Part shown: positions 13,240 through 24,645 of the stretch, in pieces | How the letters are laid out: every line of letters starts with the position of its first letter | How positions within the stretch are numbered: position 1 is the stretch's first letter | Assembly: GCA_964016885.1 (NCBI GenBank) | Contig: OZ024740.1 | Coordinates: forward strand, 143,778,001 to 143,842,000 | Source of the DNA: Eledone cirrhosa | Taxonomy: Eukaryota | DNA length: 64,000 nt | Direction of reading: 5' to 3' | Program-made: the position numbers and the translations under genes | Notes under the pieces: generated by a model | The model's input: the letters and a program-made list of their open reading frames with translations, nothing else | Databases searched by the model: none | Told to the model about the DNA's origin: nothing

Positions 13240-15660
13240 AATTATGGATTTTATATTGAATATTAATAATAAGGTCAGCCGTAGAATTGCTTGGTATGCA
13301 CTATTCTTGTCATTAACCAACAAACCTAATACAGCTGCTTCACTAGCCTCAATATATTTTTACTTAATACACAAAGTGTCAGCCTTTTCATCAATGCAGA
13401 AAAATGGAAGATCCAATTCTTTGAGGTTTGGGTTACCAACCATCCACACCATATCCCTTTCTTCATCCTAACTGAGACCCATTTTAACGTCTCCCACTTG
13501 GAAACTGAAGTGAGGGTGAGAAATTTTACAACCATCTGCGTGGATCATGTTGGCAGAAGAAAAAAACAAAACTACCATTTCCTGCATGATTCTTTTATGG
13601 CTGATGAAAATAACATATTCTCCAATGGTTATTATGAATCAGTTTCTGTGCACAACAAAGCCAATGATTTGATTGTAGCTTGGGCTCTATAAGCCTCCCC
13701 AAACACCTCTACCGTGCTTCAAAGAATGCCTCAACAGCATTAGGTGTTTTATCCAACAGTGTGATTCTGGGGGATTTGATAGGTGACTTCAATCTACCCT
13801 GTGTTGATTGGTCTACAAACAGTTGAAATCAGGTCCTTCTTCCTCAACCCCTAAGTAGTTTTTCCTGTCCTAACTTGTGCTTGCACCAACAAGATATCAC
13901 AAAAACATTTTAGATTTAGTATTTAGTAACCACACTAAAACTATCCGCATTATTGCAGTAGTAAAAGCTCTCCTCTCAGACCATGACATGGTACTTTGTA
14001 ACTTGAGGTTCCACCAGCCAAAAGTTTAACCTGATGATTCTTTCCAGCCCACTTATGTAATAACATTGATCATCATAATGTAAACTGGTCTTTCACACAC
14101 AGCCACCAACATCAAAACATGAATGATGACCTTCATCAATAACCAACAGACTGAGTCATTGACAAAATTAAACTCAAATCCAAAATGTTCTTTCCATTTG
14201 CCAAAAATCACAAGACTGCTGTCACAACCATTGGGCTTCTGTTTGATGAAAATGGCACACTCCAAAAGAATGCTAAAAGCATGGGTGAAATACTGCAGAA
14301 AAAATACTGCTCTGGGCTGTATCAGTGATATTAACCCCCTACACACCATATCTGACATAACATTTGCTGCCCCTGATATCTTAGTGACAATAAACAAAAT
14401 TAAACACAACTCAACAATAGTCTCCGATAAGCTCCCTGCTACTGTCCTGAAGGTGTGTTGACACCAGCTTGCACCCCCTATACCTAATGTATGGAAGAAC
14501 TCGCTGGATGTAGCCTATTTCCCTGAAGATTTTGTATCCCAGTTTATCATCCCAGTTTTCAAAAAAGGATACAAGTTCTTTGCTGTAAATTACCATCTGA
14601 TAAATAGCTCACTACCTTGAAAACAACACCCTACTGAACTCCAACTAGCATAGCAACATTTGAGTATGTGGAAAACTACTATAGTGGATTAAGTGTTTCC
14701 TAACAGATCTCACTATGTTGTGATTGAAGGAACATGATCAAGCTCAACCAAAGTCTGAAGTAGTGTCCCACACGGCACTGTGTTGTGCCCACTTCTCTTC
14801 ATTATTTATATCAATGACCCTTTTACGATCTGAGTTCAAATCCCGCCGAGGTTGACTTTGCCTTTCATCCTTACGGGGTCGATAAAATAAAGTACCAGTA
14901 ATGCACTGGGTAATTGCTGGCCTTAGAAACAATTATTTATATCAATGACACAGTTGTCATCAAGTACAGCAAAATAAGAATGTTCACAAATGATTCCAAG
15001 CTCCAGAAAGTCATTAACAGAGTGGGATACTGGGCATGCCTTCAATCAGATATGTTTGCTGTTATCCAATGTGTGAAAAAAAATAGTGTGCTACTAAACG
15101 AGGATAAATTTGAATTAATCCCCTTTAGAAAAGAGGATGCACTGAAGTTAACATATTATCTTCCCTCAGGTGAAATCCTCATAGCATACAACACCAGAGA
15201 CCTTGGTGTAAATGTTGATAGCAACTTAAGCTGGAATACTCACATAAACAACAATGTTGTCATGACCTGCGGGATGTGTTCCTGGATTCTCAGAATTTTC
15301 CATTCGAGAGATATCCATACCATCATCCTTCTCTTCTCTACTTTTGCCTGGCCCCACCTTAAATACTGTTGTCCATTGTGGTATCCTCACATGAAACAAA
15401 GTATTATGAAAATTGAAGTACCTCAAATGTAATTACAAAAGGAAAGATGGTTTGACTAGAAAAGCTCAAACTCTACTCTCTCCAATGCTGTCATAGCACT
15501 ACCTTACCTTCATGATGTGGAAAATATTCCATCATCATTGCCCAGATGATGTTGGCATCACCTTTAAAATTCACATAGGGCTATCTGCCACTACAAAAAT
15601 CAAACTCGCATCACATAACAACATTATAGTAGAATTATTTCACCTCAACTTGTCCAGCTC
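13240..15660 (+). mobile_element. Old CR1/Jockey-group LINE, degenerate
   Basis: TETH, GDFNLP, LDLVF and SDH endonuclease remnants; VPHGTVL.P.LF..YIND, TRDLGV, HLKYCCPLWYP. Interrupted by a SINE at ~14820-14935 with TSD TTTATATCAATGAC. Confidence 0.75.
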
Positions 15661-15712
15661 TCTTATTTACTATATATATATACACACGTATATATATATA
15701 TATATATATATA

Positions 15713-17808
15713 TCGCAAAGCCACTGCTTCGGCTACTACTCCTTCAGTTTAGACCTGGCTGTTTTCTGGTATGCTAAATGGACTACAGAGTTGGAGAGTC
15801 TGAGCACTCAATGACAATGTCAAAGATAAAGATAAATTCACCTCCCCCTGCCGGACGAGAATGCAAGGACTCCTCTTTATTTCAGACATGGAAGATCAAC
15901 ATAATTCCGTCACCACTCCCTGTGCCCCCAACCCATCCCTTCCACCCACCAAGCAAAATCCAAAACTTCAGAGTTGGTACCATGAACATTGAAAGGTCGC
16001 TCAAATGAGGTTGTAGAGATGCTTGAACGTAAGGAAGTTGATGTTTGTTGTATTCAAGAGACTAGGAGGAGGGGTCGGTCTGCCAGATTCATTGTGGGTA
16101 AAAAACAATGCTATAAACTTTTCTGGATGTGAAATGACAACGGGCTGGGGGAAGTAGGAATTATGTTAGCAGAAAAATGGGTAGATAAGGTAATTGCCGT
16201 AAATAGAGTGAACGATAGAATAATTAAAATAAGACTAGTTCTAAATAGAACAACTGTGTTGATAATATCTGCTTATGCATCTCAATCTGGCCTACCTGAT
16301 GTTATAAAAGACAGATTCTATGAGTCGCTAATGCTCACTACCTCCCAAATAACCGACAGTGACTACATAATTATTGGTGGTGACCTTAATGGTCATGTTG
16401 GACAACATTGTGATGGCTATGATGGGATCCATGGAGGCTATGGGTTTGGTACTAGGAATGAAGAAGGCTTCAGAATCCTGGAATTCTGTGATGCTAATAA
16501 CCTAACTATCTGTAACACAAACTTCAAAAACCGAGACAATCACTTGATCACTTATAGATCAGGGGAACACACCAGTCAGATAGATTATATCCTTACTAGA
16601 AGACGTGACAGAGTGTCTGTTGTAAACACTAAGTCCCTCCCCTGTGAAGAATGCACCTCCCAACATAGCCTAGTAGTTAGTGATCTAATACTCAGGACTA
16701 GACGTACTCGATGACAGCGGAGGACTACCTTGGGGAGAAGAACATGGAAGCTGAAGGACCCTACAGCCAGTGACAAATTTAAAAGCTATTACTTGATGAT
16801 TTTGACAGTAAGGAAGAGCAATTAGAGACGTACAATATAGAAGCACAGTAGGAATTCATGAAAGTTAACCTGCTGAAGGCAACAGACGAAATCTGTGGCT
16901 GGAGCAGACCTATAGGCAGGAGGAGAGTAACTTGGTGGTGGAACAGTAAAGTGGAGGAGACAATGAAGGCTAAAAAGCAGGCTTGGAAAGTATAGCAGGA
17001 TGGGGGTAGTAGAGAACACCATCAAGTGTCCAGGAGAGAAGCTAGGAGACAAGTGTACCTTGCAAGAAGGGAAGCAGAGGATAGAACGTTCAAGCATGTT
17101 CTACAAAACGAGGACCAAAAACATGAGGTGTTCAGGATTGCAAGACAATGTGTCAAGGAAAACCGTGATATTGTCGGGGAGAAGTGTGTCTGTAATGATG
17201 ATGGTGTACTTGCCCTCACTGATACTGATAAGAAGGTAGCTTGGAAGTGTCACTACGGGAGACTACTAAATGAGGAGAATAAGTGGGAAAAAGATAGTCT
17301 GCCCCAAATCGATCCAATAGAGAGACCAGCGGTGCAAGTTAAAGGTTGTATAATAAGTAAGGCAATCAAAGATATGAAGACAGGCAAGGTGGCTGGGCCT
17401 TCGGAGATAGTTGTTGAGATGTTGAAAGCATTTGGAATGATGGGACATACTATGGCCACCCGGATAATAAACCAAGTAATACAGAATGGGGTCATATAAA
17501 AAGACTGGCGTAGCAGCATCATCGTTAACTGCTACAAGAGTAAAGGAGATGATCTAGATAGGGGAAACTATAGAGGCCCCTCCAAACCAAACATACACCC
17601 CAACCCACTCCCACCAACACTAACCTTTCTCTATAAAGTTATGTTGGTACCACAACATCCAGTCCAAACTAATGAGATCGTGTAGGTGTCACGACAAAAA
17701 AGCTCCCAGTCCACTCTGTAAATGTGGTTGGTGTTAGGAAGGGCATCCAGCCGTAGAAAACCTGCCAGATAGTCCTATACAAGCGAGACATGGTCACTCG
17801 ACCAATCT
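15713..17808 (+). mobile_element. RTE LINE with 5' end and endonuclease, RT deleted, joined to its 3' UTR
   Basis: VGTMNI, CCIQET, GDLNGHVG, QIDYIL, QHSLVVSD through GNYRG at ~17575, then a jump to the family 3' UTR (AGGAAGGGCATCCAGCCGTAGAAAACC). Confidence 0.9.
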
Positions 17809-18293
17809 TGCTGGACACCACCAGAGGGTGTTAGACGCTGGTGTTTGCATAGTTACGGCTTCCTAAATGTTTCCTGTAAACATACCGTGTTTCTTTAGAA
17901 ATACGAAATTTCTATAAATATTTGCATAAAGTTGTACTTGAAGCAAAATCCTATTTCTATTCTAGTTGAGCCAACTTATGCAGCTTCATATACAAATGAG
18001 ATTAATCACCTCATTTACACAGATGAGAAAACTATATATTCTCGACTGTTCTCAAGTCCAGCAGTTGCAAGCGGTGGGAGGGACCATCCTGACGAAGGCC
18101 AGTCAAGCCTGAAATGCATAGACGGTTGTCCTCCTTGCTTCTGCTGGACACCACCAGAGGGCGTTAGCATCCAGTGTTTGCATAGCTATGGCTTCCTAAA
18201 TGTTTCCTGTAAACATGCCGTGTTTCTTTATAAATATAAAATTTCTATACATATTTGTATAAAGCTATGCTTGAAGCAAAATCCTATTTCTAT
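17809..18293 (+). mobile_element. 333-bp tandem unit (1.45 copies) containing a hammerhead; retrozyme-like or solo PLE pLTR
   Basis: 17809-17960 is repeated at 18142-18293; there is no RT or EN ORF. Confidence 0.7.
18083..18126 (+). ncRNA. Minimal type-I hammerhead ribozyme
   Basis: accatc CTGACGA aggc cagtcaa gcct GAAA tgca TA gacggt; intact core with palindromic helix III. Confidence 0.85.
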
Positions 18294-18384
18294 ATATATA
18301 TATATACATAGATATAGATATCGATATATATAATAATATAATTATTATAAAGAATGAGGAATCACAATTTATTAACATATTACA

Positions 18385-18664
18385 TGGCGGCACATGGCTT
18401 AGTGGTTAGAGCATTGGCTTTGCAATCGAAAGGTTGTGAGTTCAATTCTCAGACCGGGTGATGTGTTGTTTCCTTGAGCAAGACACTTTATTTCACATTG
18501 CTCCAGTTTACTCACTGCAAAAGTGGTTGTGGAGGTGCCACGGCAAAAAAGCACCCAGCACTCACTGCAAATGAGGTTGGTGTTAGGAAGGGCATCCAAC
18601 TGTAGAAATCAAGCCAGAATCAGTTCCCGTCCCACCCTTGCAAGCAGGGAAAAGCGGACGTAAA

Positions 18665-18695
<31 letters not shown>
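18385..18695 (+). mobile_element. tRNA-derived SINE, family A, with RTE-like (GAT)n tail
   Basis: A box TGGCTTAGTGG, B box GAGTTCAATTC, 3' end AGGAAGGGCATCCA..GCGGACGTAAAA(TGA)n. Confidence 0.9.
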
Positions 18696-18697
<2 letters not shown>

Positions 18698-18774
18698 ACA
18701 TATGTTTCTCCATCGATCAGCTCGAGACAAGATCTGTTATAGATCGAACCCGACTCTGCATTCGAAGGGTCTTC

Positions 18775-18816
<42 letters not shown>

Positions 18817-18979
18817 TTTCTGAATTTGTTTAGCAAGATTCTTTATCTGAAAACGTGTGTTGAAACCGATATTGTTATACTTTGGGAGGGTCATGTTGCC
18901 AATAAGAAACACACACACCAGTTGCTTTCACTTCAATTTATTATAATAAATTTATAAATTTAGGAATTTATAAATTTCC

Positions 18980-19760
18980 GGTTGGTTGGTTGGTTCCACA
19001 ACCAGATGGTTGTTTATATATTGTCAAAGTTCTTTCGTCACACATTCTGTGACCTCTTCAGTGACTGGGGATTCTTTTCTTTGTTTTTGTGCCTCTCCTT
19101 TGTTCTGTCCTACGCCATCTTGTTTCTGTGTGTGTGTTGTGTGCTCAGTCTGCGCATGCGCCACATCCGGGTGTCTGTGTGTGTTTATATTCGTTTATTT
19201 ATTTGTTTATTTACATGTTACAGGTTGGTTGTTTGTTCTATGTGCGTGTATGTTTTCATTTTGTCCTTAATTGTAAGTTGTGATGTTGCTGTCCCACTCA
19301 TGTTTTCTATTTAATTTTGGTTGTAATTCTTTTATGTTTATTGCCTCTGTGATTTGTCTAAACATTGCGTCTTTTCTGTGTGTAGATTCTATTTTTATTT
19401 CTATGTTCTTTAATTTACCCTTGTGTTCTATTTTAGCATGTTGGTAGAGTCCGGATGATTCTTTACTATCTTGAAGGTCTCGCCAGTGTTCATTTATCCG
19501 TTCCCCTACACTACGAGCTGTCTCACCTATGTACACTATATTTTTGTCTCTACATTGTCCCTCAGTACATCTTATGCTATATACTACATTTCTAGTTTTA
19601 CAGTTAATATGGAGGCTTAATTTACAGGTTATATATTTCTTATCTATACAGGGGGATCTTTGAAAAGGGTATGTCTTGCTAATAAGTGTTTTTATGGCGG
19701 TACCTGGTCTTTCTACTATCTTAATATTGAGTTTATGTTTATCTAGGGCCCTTCTAAATA
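18980..19760 (-). mobile_element. Neptune-like PLE 3' fragment (GIY-YIG) with pLTR
   Basis: CIDKKYITC linker, [30 protein letters not shown]...H, EA..I...P.LN; the 5' end runs into (TA)n. Confidence 0.85.
19023..19065 (-). ncRNA. Minimal hammerhead ribozyme in PLE pLTR
   Basis: Reverse complement reads gtca CTGAAGA g gtcaca gaatg tgtgac GAAA gaac TT tgac. Confidence 0.8.
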
Positions 19761-19830
19761 TATATATATATATATGAGTGTGTGTGTATGTATATATATA
19801 TATATATATACACACACATATATATATATG

Positions 19831-19912
<82 letters not shown>

Positions 19913-19917
<5 letters not shown>

Positions 19918-19970
19918 GTAAGTATGTATGTATACGTACATACATATATGTATACAGACGTACAGTAGCA

Positions 19971-20040
<70 letters not shown>

Positions 20041-20476
20041 TACATACAGGTACACATACATATATGTACGCATCAGTTTAGAAGACGCTTATTATAGCGC
20101 CCGCTTTGTTCGTTTGTAAACAAACTGAACAGCCTGAATTTATGCCGCACGGTGTTAAGGCAACCACGTCACCTTTTTGTTCAACACTGACACAGGAACG
20201 ATGTACTAGTTTCAAGCTTGTTAGCTATCATCAGCACCGTATACCCATCTGCCAGATAGTTGACCGTTCGAAAGTATGTACTTTCCTTATGAAAATTAAC
20301 GGCTGAGCAGCCTAATTTGCATATCGAATGAGTTAAATCGGTCAGGCGCACCGAAAACGATGAGTTGTAATAAAATGAAAACGAAATTTCATTTCTCACT
20401 CTTAGTACGGCACTTACTTAAATGTAAGTATGTATGTATACGTACATACATATATGTATACAGACGTACAGTAGCA

Positions 20477-20556
<80 letters not shown>

Positions 20557-20682
20557 TACATACAGGTACACATACATATATGTACGCATCAGTTTAGCGG
20601 ACGCTTATTATAGCGCCCGCTTTGTTCGTTTGTAAACAAACTGAACAGCCTGAATTTATGCCGCACGGTGTTAAGGCAACCA
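19913..20682 (-). mobile_element. ~510-bp tandem unit (1.5 copies) with hammerhead
   Basis: 19913-20166 is nearly identical to 20419-20682; non-coding. Confidence 0.75.
20198..20240 (-). ncRNA. Minimal hammerhead ribozyme
   Basis: Reverse complement reads acggtg CTGATGA tagc taacaa gctt GAAA ctag TA catcgt. Confidence 0.8.
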
Positions 20683-20978
20683 ATTCCTTTTTTAAAAAAA
20701 AAGCACTTTCATTTTATATTCATCTTTTCTATATATATTTATATATATATATATATAATTAAGTTAAAAATGTACATCCACATATGTATACTGAAATACT
20801 AGTATGCATATGAATACACACACGTATACATATGTAGATGTACCGATTTTTTTCACTGGTCACTTTACTGTGAGTGTCCAGCTATTCTGTATGTAAACAC
20901 ACAGACAAACCGGTTTTTAGAGTCATACTGGTTTTTGAGGAAACACCTTTCCTCTATTCTCCAGAAAGCCAGACAAGG

Positions 20979-21023
20979 AATATTGAACTAGTTTCGTTGT
21001 TGTTACAACTCATCAGCAATATT
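20979..21023 (-). ncRNA. Minimal hammerhead ribozyme (left arm of palindrome)
   Basis: Reverse complement of 21281-21325. Confidence 0.88.
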
Positions 21024-21280
21024 TACCTATCTCCCGGCCTTTCTAGAGAATCGTAAAAGCACATATCGTTATATGCTTTTTCTATGAAAATTAGTAGTGG
21101 GCAGACTAATTTGCATAGAGTGTGAGTACGTACCGTACCGTTATTTGTTTTTATCGTCTCCGTTGAACCGGTACGTACTCACACTCTATGCAAATTAGTC
21201 TGCCCACTACTAATTTTCATAGAAAAAGCATATAACGATATGTGCTTTTACGATTCTCTAGAAAGGCCGGGAGATAGGTA

Positions 21281-21325
21281 AATATTGCTGATGAGTTGTA
21301 ACAACAACGAAACTAGTTCAATATT
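21281..21325 (+). ncRNA. Minimal hammerhead ribozyme (right arm of palindrome)
   Basis: aatattg CTGATGA gttg taacaa caac GAAA ctag TT caatatt; perfect 7-bp stem I, 4-bp stem II, CTAG palindrome. Confidence 0.88.
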
Positions 21326-22204
21326 CCTTGTCTGGCTTTCTGGAGAATAGAGGAAAGGTGTTTCCTCAAAAACCAGTATGACTCTAAAAACCCGTTTGTC
21401 TGTGTGTTTACATACAGAATAGCTGGACACTCACAGTAAAGTGACCAGTGAAAAAAATCGGTACATCTACATATGTATACGTGTGTGTATTCATATGCAT
21501 ACTAGTATTTCAGTATACATATGTGGATGTACATTTTTAACTTAATTGTTTAAGCGTCAGTCATACAAAAGTGAGTTACAAACGAAACGAAATTTAATTT
21601 CGTTTCGTTATTTGTTTTTATATATATATATATATATATAGAAAAGATGAATATAAAATGAAAGTGCTTTTTTTTAAAAAAAGGAATTTATTAGGTATTG
21701 ACATATGTTTCTGTAACAGACGGAATACCTATGTATCGCTGCTTGCGTAATCATATAATGTTAGCAAGTATTCGATAGCAAATGTATAATCAGTTGTCAC
21801 TTCTTCAGAGATATTGGATAAATTGGAAAAAATCAGAAAAATTGAAATATTTATATTAGTTTTAATAAAGAAGGAAGAGAGGGGATAGTATATGACAGAT
21901 GGCAATTCAATTTACTGGTAAACAAGTATATAAAGGGTTTCTAATGAGAATACAATAAGTATATGGTTTATTTTATCTAAATAAGAATTTTTGGGAGTGC
22001 CTATTTTAATCTATACTTGACCAATTGAACAATGGACAGGGCTGGTCGTTTGGTGTAGTAGTATTAATTATAAAGTGTCAATTAAGGAAGAGGGAGATTT
22101 CGACTGCTACTGAATAACAACAATGCTGGTAGCCTGCTGGTATATGCATTAGGGAATTAATGCTTATTAATATAATCTTCTATACACAATCATACACACC
22201 GTGT

Positions 22205-22458
<254 letters not shown>

Positions 22459-22639
22459 ATACAAATATATATATGTATGGAGGAGGTTATAGTTCACTTG
22501 AAGCATTGTGTAATGAGGTATAAACGTTTGTATATGTATAATAAAGCCAAAACAATGCAGGTATGGACATAGAATAAAGAATGCAAATGCAAAAGATATT
22601 GATGACAATTTGTCTTTTACCTTAGATTTATTTAAATGT

Positions 22640-22675
22640 CCTAAATTTTCGAGATAATATCTCTTCTTCAGAGGG
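22640..22675 (-). ncRNA. Minimal hammerhead-like motif
   Basis: Reverse complement reads ccct CTGAAGA a gagat att atctc GAAA at TT agg; short stem I. Confidence 0.6.
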
Positions 22676-22784
22676 AATAAAGTTGTCAAACTGACAGGAA
22701 ATGGTATAGAGTATCATACTCTATACCATTTCCTGTCAGCATGACTTGGCAAGCTTTTTAGAACACTGGTTTGACAACTTTATT

Positions 22785-22820
22785 CCTTCTGAAGAAGAGA
22801 TATTATCTCGAAAATTTAGG
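22785..22820 (+). ncRNA. Minimal hammerhead-like motif (mirror copy)
   Basis: cctt CTGAAGA a gagat att atctc GAAA at TT agg. Confidence 0.6.
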
Positions 22821-22933
22821 ACATTTAAATAAATCTAAGGTAAAAGACAAATTGTCAACAATATCTTTTGCATTCTTTATTCTATGTCCATACCTGCATT
22901 GTTTTGGCTTTATTATACATATACAAACGTATA

Positions 22934-23005
<72 letters not shown>

Positions 23006-23029
23006 CAAAGAGATATTTAATTTGTTGGT

Positions 23030-24610
23030 AATTGATTTATAACAGATTCGAAGCACTCAACAAGTTTTCCTGGAGTATAATATCAATGATATTAATAAAT
23101 GGAAACTATATTTATAAAACCATATTTATTTTATTATGGAGGCACATGGCTTAGTGGTTAGAGCATTGGCCTTGCAATCGAAAGGTTGTGAGTTCAATTC
23201 TCAGACCGGGTTGTTTCCTTGAGCAAGACACTTTATTTCACATTGCTCCAGTTTACTCAGCTGTAGAAATGAGATGATATGACTACCATTCCACTGCAAA
23301 GTGGTCGTGGAGGTGCCATGGAAAAGAGCACCCAGCACTCACTGTAAATGAGGTTGGTGTTAGGAAGGGAATCCAGCTGTAGAAATCAAGCCAGAATCAG
23401 TTCCCATCCCACCCTTGCAAGCAAAGAAAAGCAGACATAAAATGATGATGATGATGATGACGATATTTCAAGGGTACCAAAAATTTTGGTACGCACTCGT
23501 CAGATAAAATACAAAATTTGTTTTATAAATAGTGACATACCCCAGAAACCAGACCTTATCAGTTCAGGATCCGTTTGGATAGTGAAAGGAAATTACAGAC
23601 ATCATGAGTGCATTTAGAAACTATCACAAAAAGGATATATTTCAAAATATCAATTAAAAAATATAAATAAATAAAAACATTAAGAAGAATATCAATTGGA
23701 AAATAATATCATTTGTAAAAATAATTTGTAAAAATATTACATAAAAAGAAAAATATCATTTAAAAATCACCACAAAACATCGACAGAAGCATAGTGAAGA
23801 CATATAACATGTGAACAAGTGTAATATATACTATCAATTAAAAATACTTCGGAAAGTCATTTTTTGGCGATGTCTGCAGGAACTGAATATTTCTTTCTTT
23901 GAGTTGATAGAGTTTTGGCAGGTAAGTATATAAAAAATTTCTTCAATACACAAATGACAGATTCTTGAGAGAGCCATATTTCGGTATGCGGGTGCTTTCG
24001 AAATCGTTCCCCAAGAGATTGAATAGTCAATATTATTGTCTTTTAAGTACCAAATTAGATGTGAAAGTGATGTAGAAAATTTTTTATCGGATCTATTAAA
24101 TGTATGTTTATGATTATATCAGCGTTCTTTAAATTTTGTAGAAGTGGCTCCTATATAGTTATATATTTTATCTCTAGTTTTTACTGTGCATTTGTATACT
24201 AAGTTTTTATCTAGGCAATTATTCTGTAAAGGGCAATTTGATTCATTTCTACAGTTACATTTTCGAGAGTTAATGTTACTAGGAACGGTACTATTATTAT
24301 TATTAGTATTAATAGTGTTATTAGTATTAATATTGTTATCTTGGTTTATTTAGTTTAGGTTTAAATTTAAGTTTCTATTATTAATTCTATTTATATTTTG
24401 TGCTATGTTCATAGTAGTAGAGTAAGATAGTTTGATAGTGTGTCTGTTAAAAATAGTATGGTATCTATGGGATTTAGGAAAGCATTTATCTAATGCTTTG
24501 AAAAATAGTTTTGCTACATGTGTTTTAACCCCTAATGAGAATGGGGGAGAGTACCAAATAATATTTCTAGTTCTAGTTCTTTTGTTTGATTTACTATTTC
24601 AGTTAAATTG

Positions 24611-24645
<35 letters not shown>

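Larger units (their letters stand above)
20757..21547. repeat. Near-perfect palindrome, 379-bp arms, 33-bp spacer
   Basis: 20757-21135 is the reverse complement of 21169-21547, with one mismatch seen (mirror ORFs at 20874 and 21248). An outer inverted flank pairs ~20683-20740 with ~21620-21687. Confidence 0.95.
22524..22930. repeat. Inverted repeat (~165-bp arms) with a perfect 24-bp central hairpin
   Basis: 22524-22691 pairs with 22770-22930; CTGACAGGAAATGGTATAGAGTAT-C-ATACTCTATACCATTTCCTGTCAG at 22691-22739. Confidence 0.92.

Noticed and set aside
18385-18460. tRNA gene
   Set aside because: This is the tRNA-like head of a SINE repeated four times with the same body and tail; there is no proper acceptor stem.
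19743-20119. YI/VC/HT-repeat ORFs (also at 22160-22689, 30826-31029, 38460-38852 and 41885-42387)
   Set aside because: These are translations of microsatellites and minisatellites.
20874-21430. Pair of near-identical 60-aa ORFs on opposite strands
   Set aside because: A by-product of the palindrome; GTG start and no recognisable domain.
21692-21731. Additional hammerhead (taggtatt..GAAA catatg TC aataccta, minus strand)
   Set aside because: Stem I and helix III look right but the CUGANGA core is missing; at best a dead remnant.
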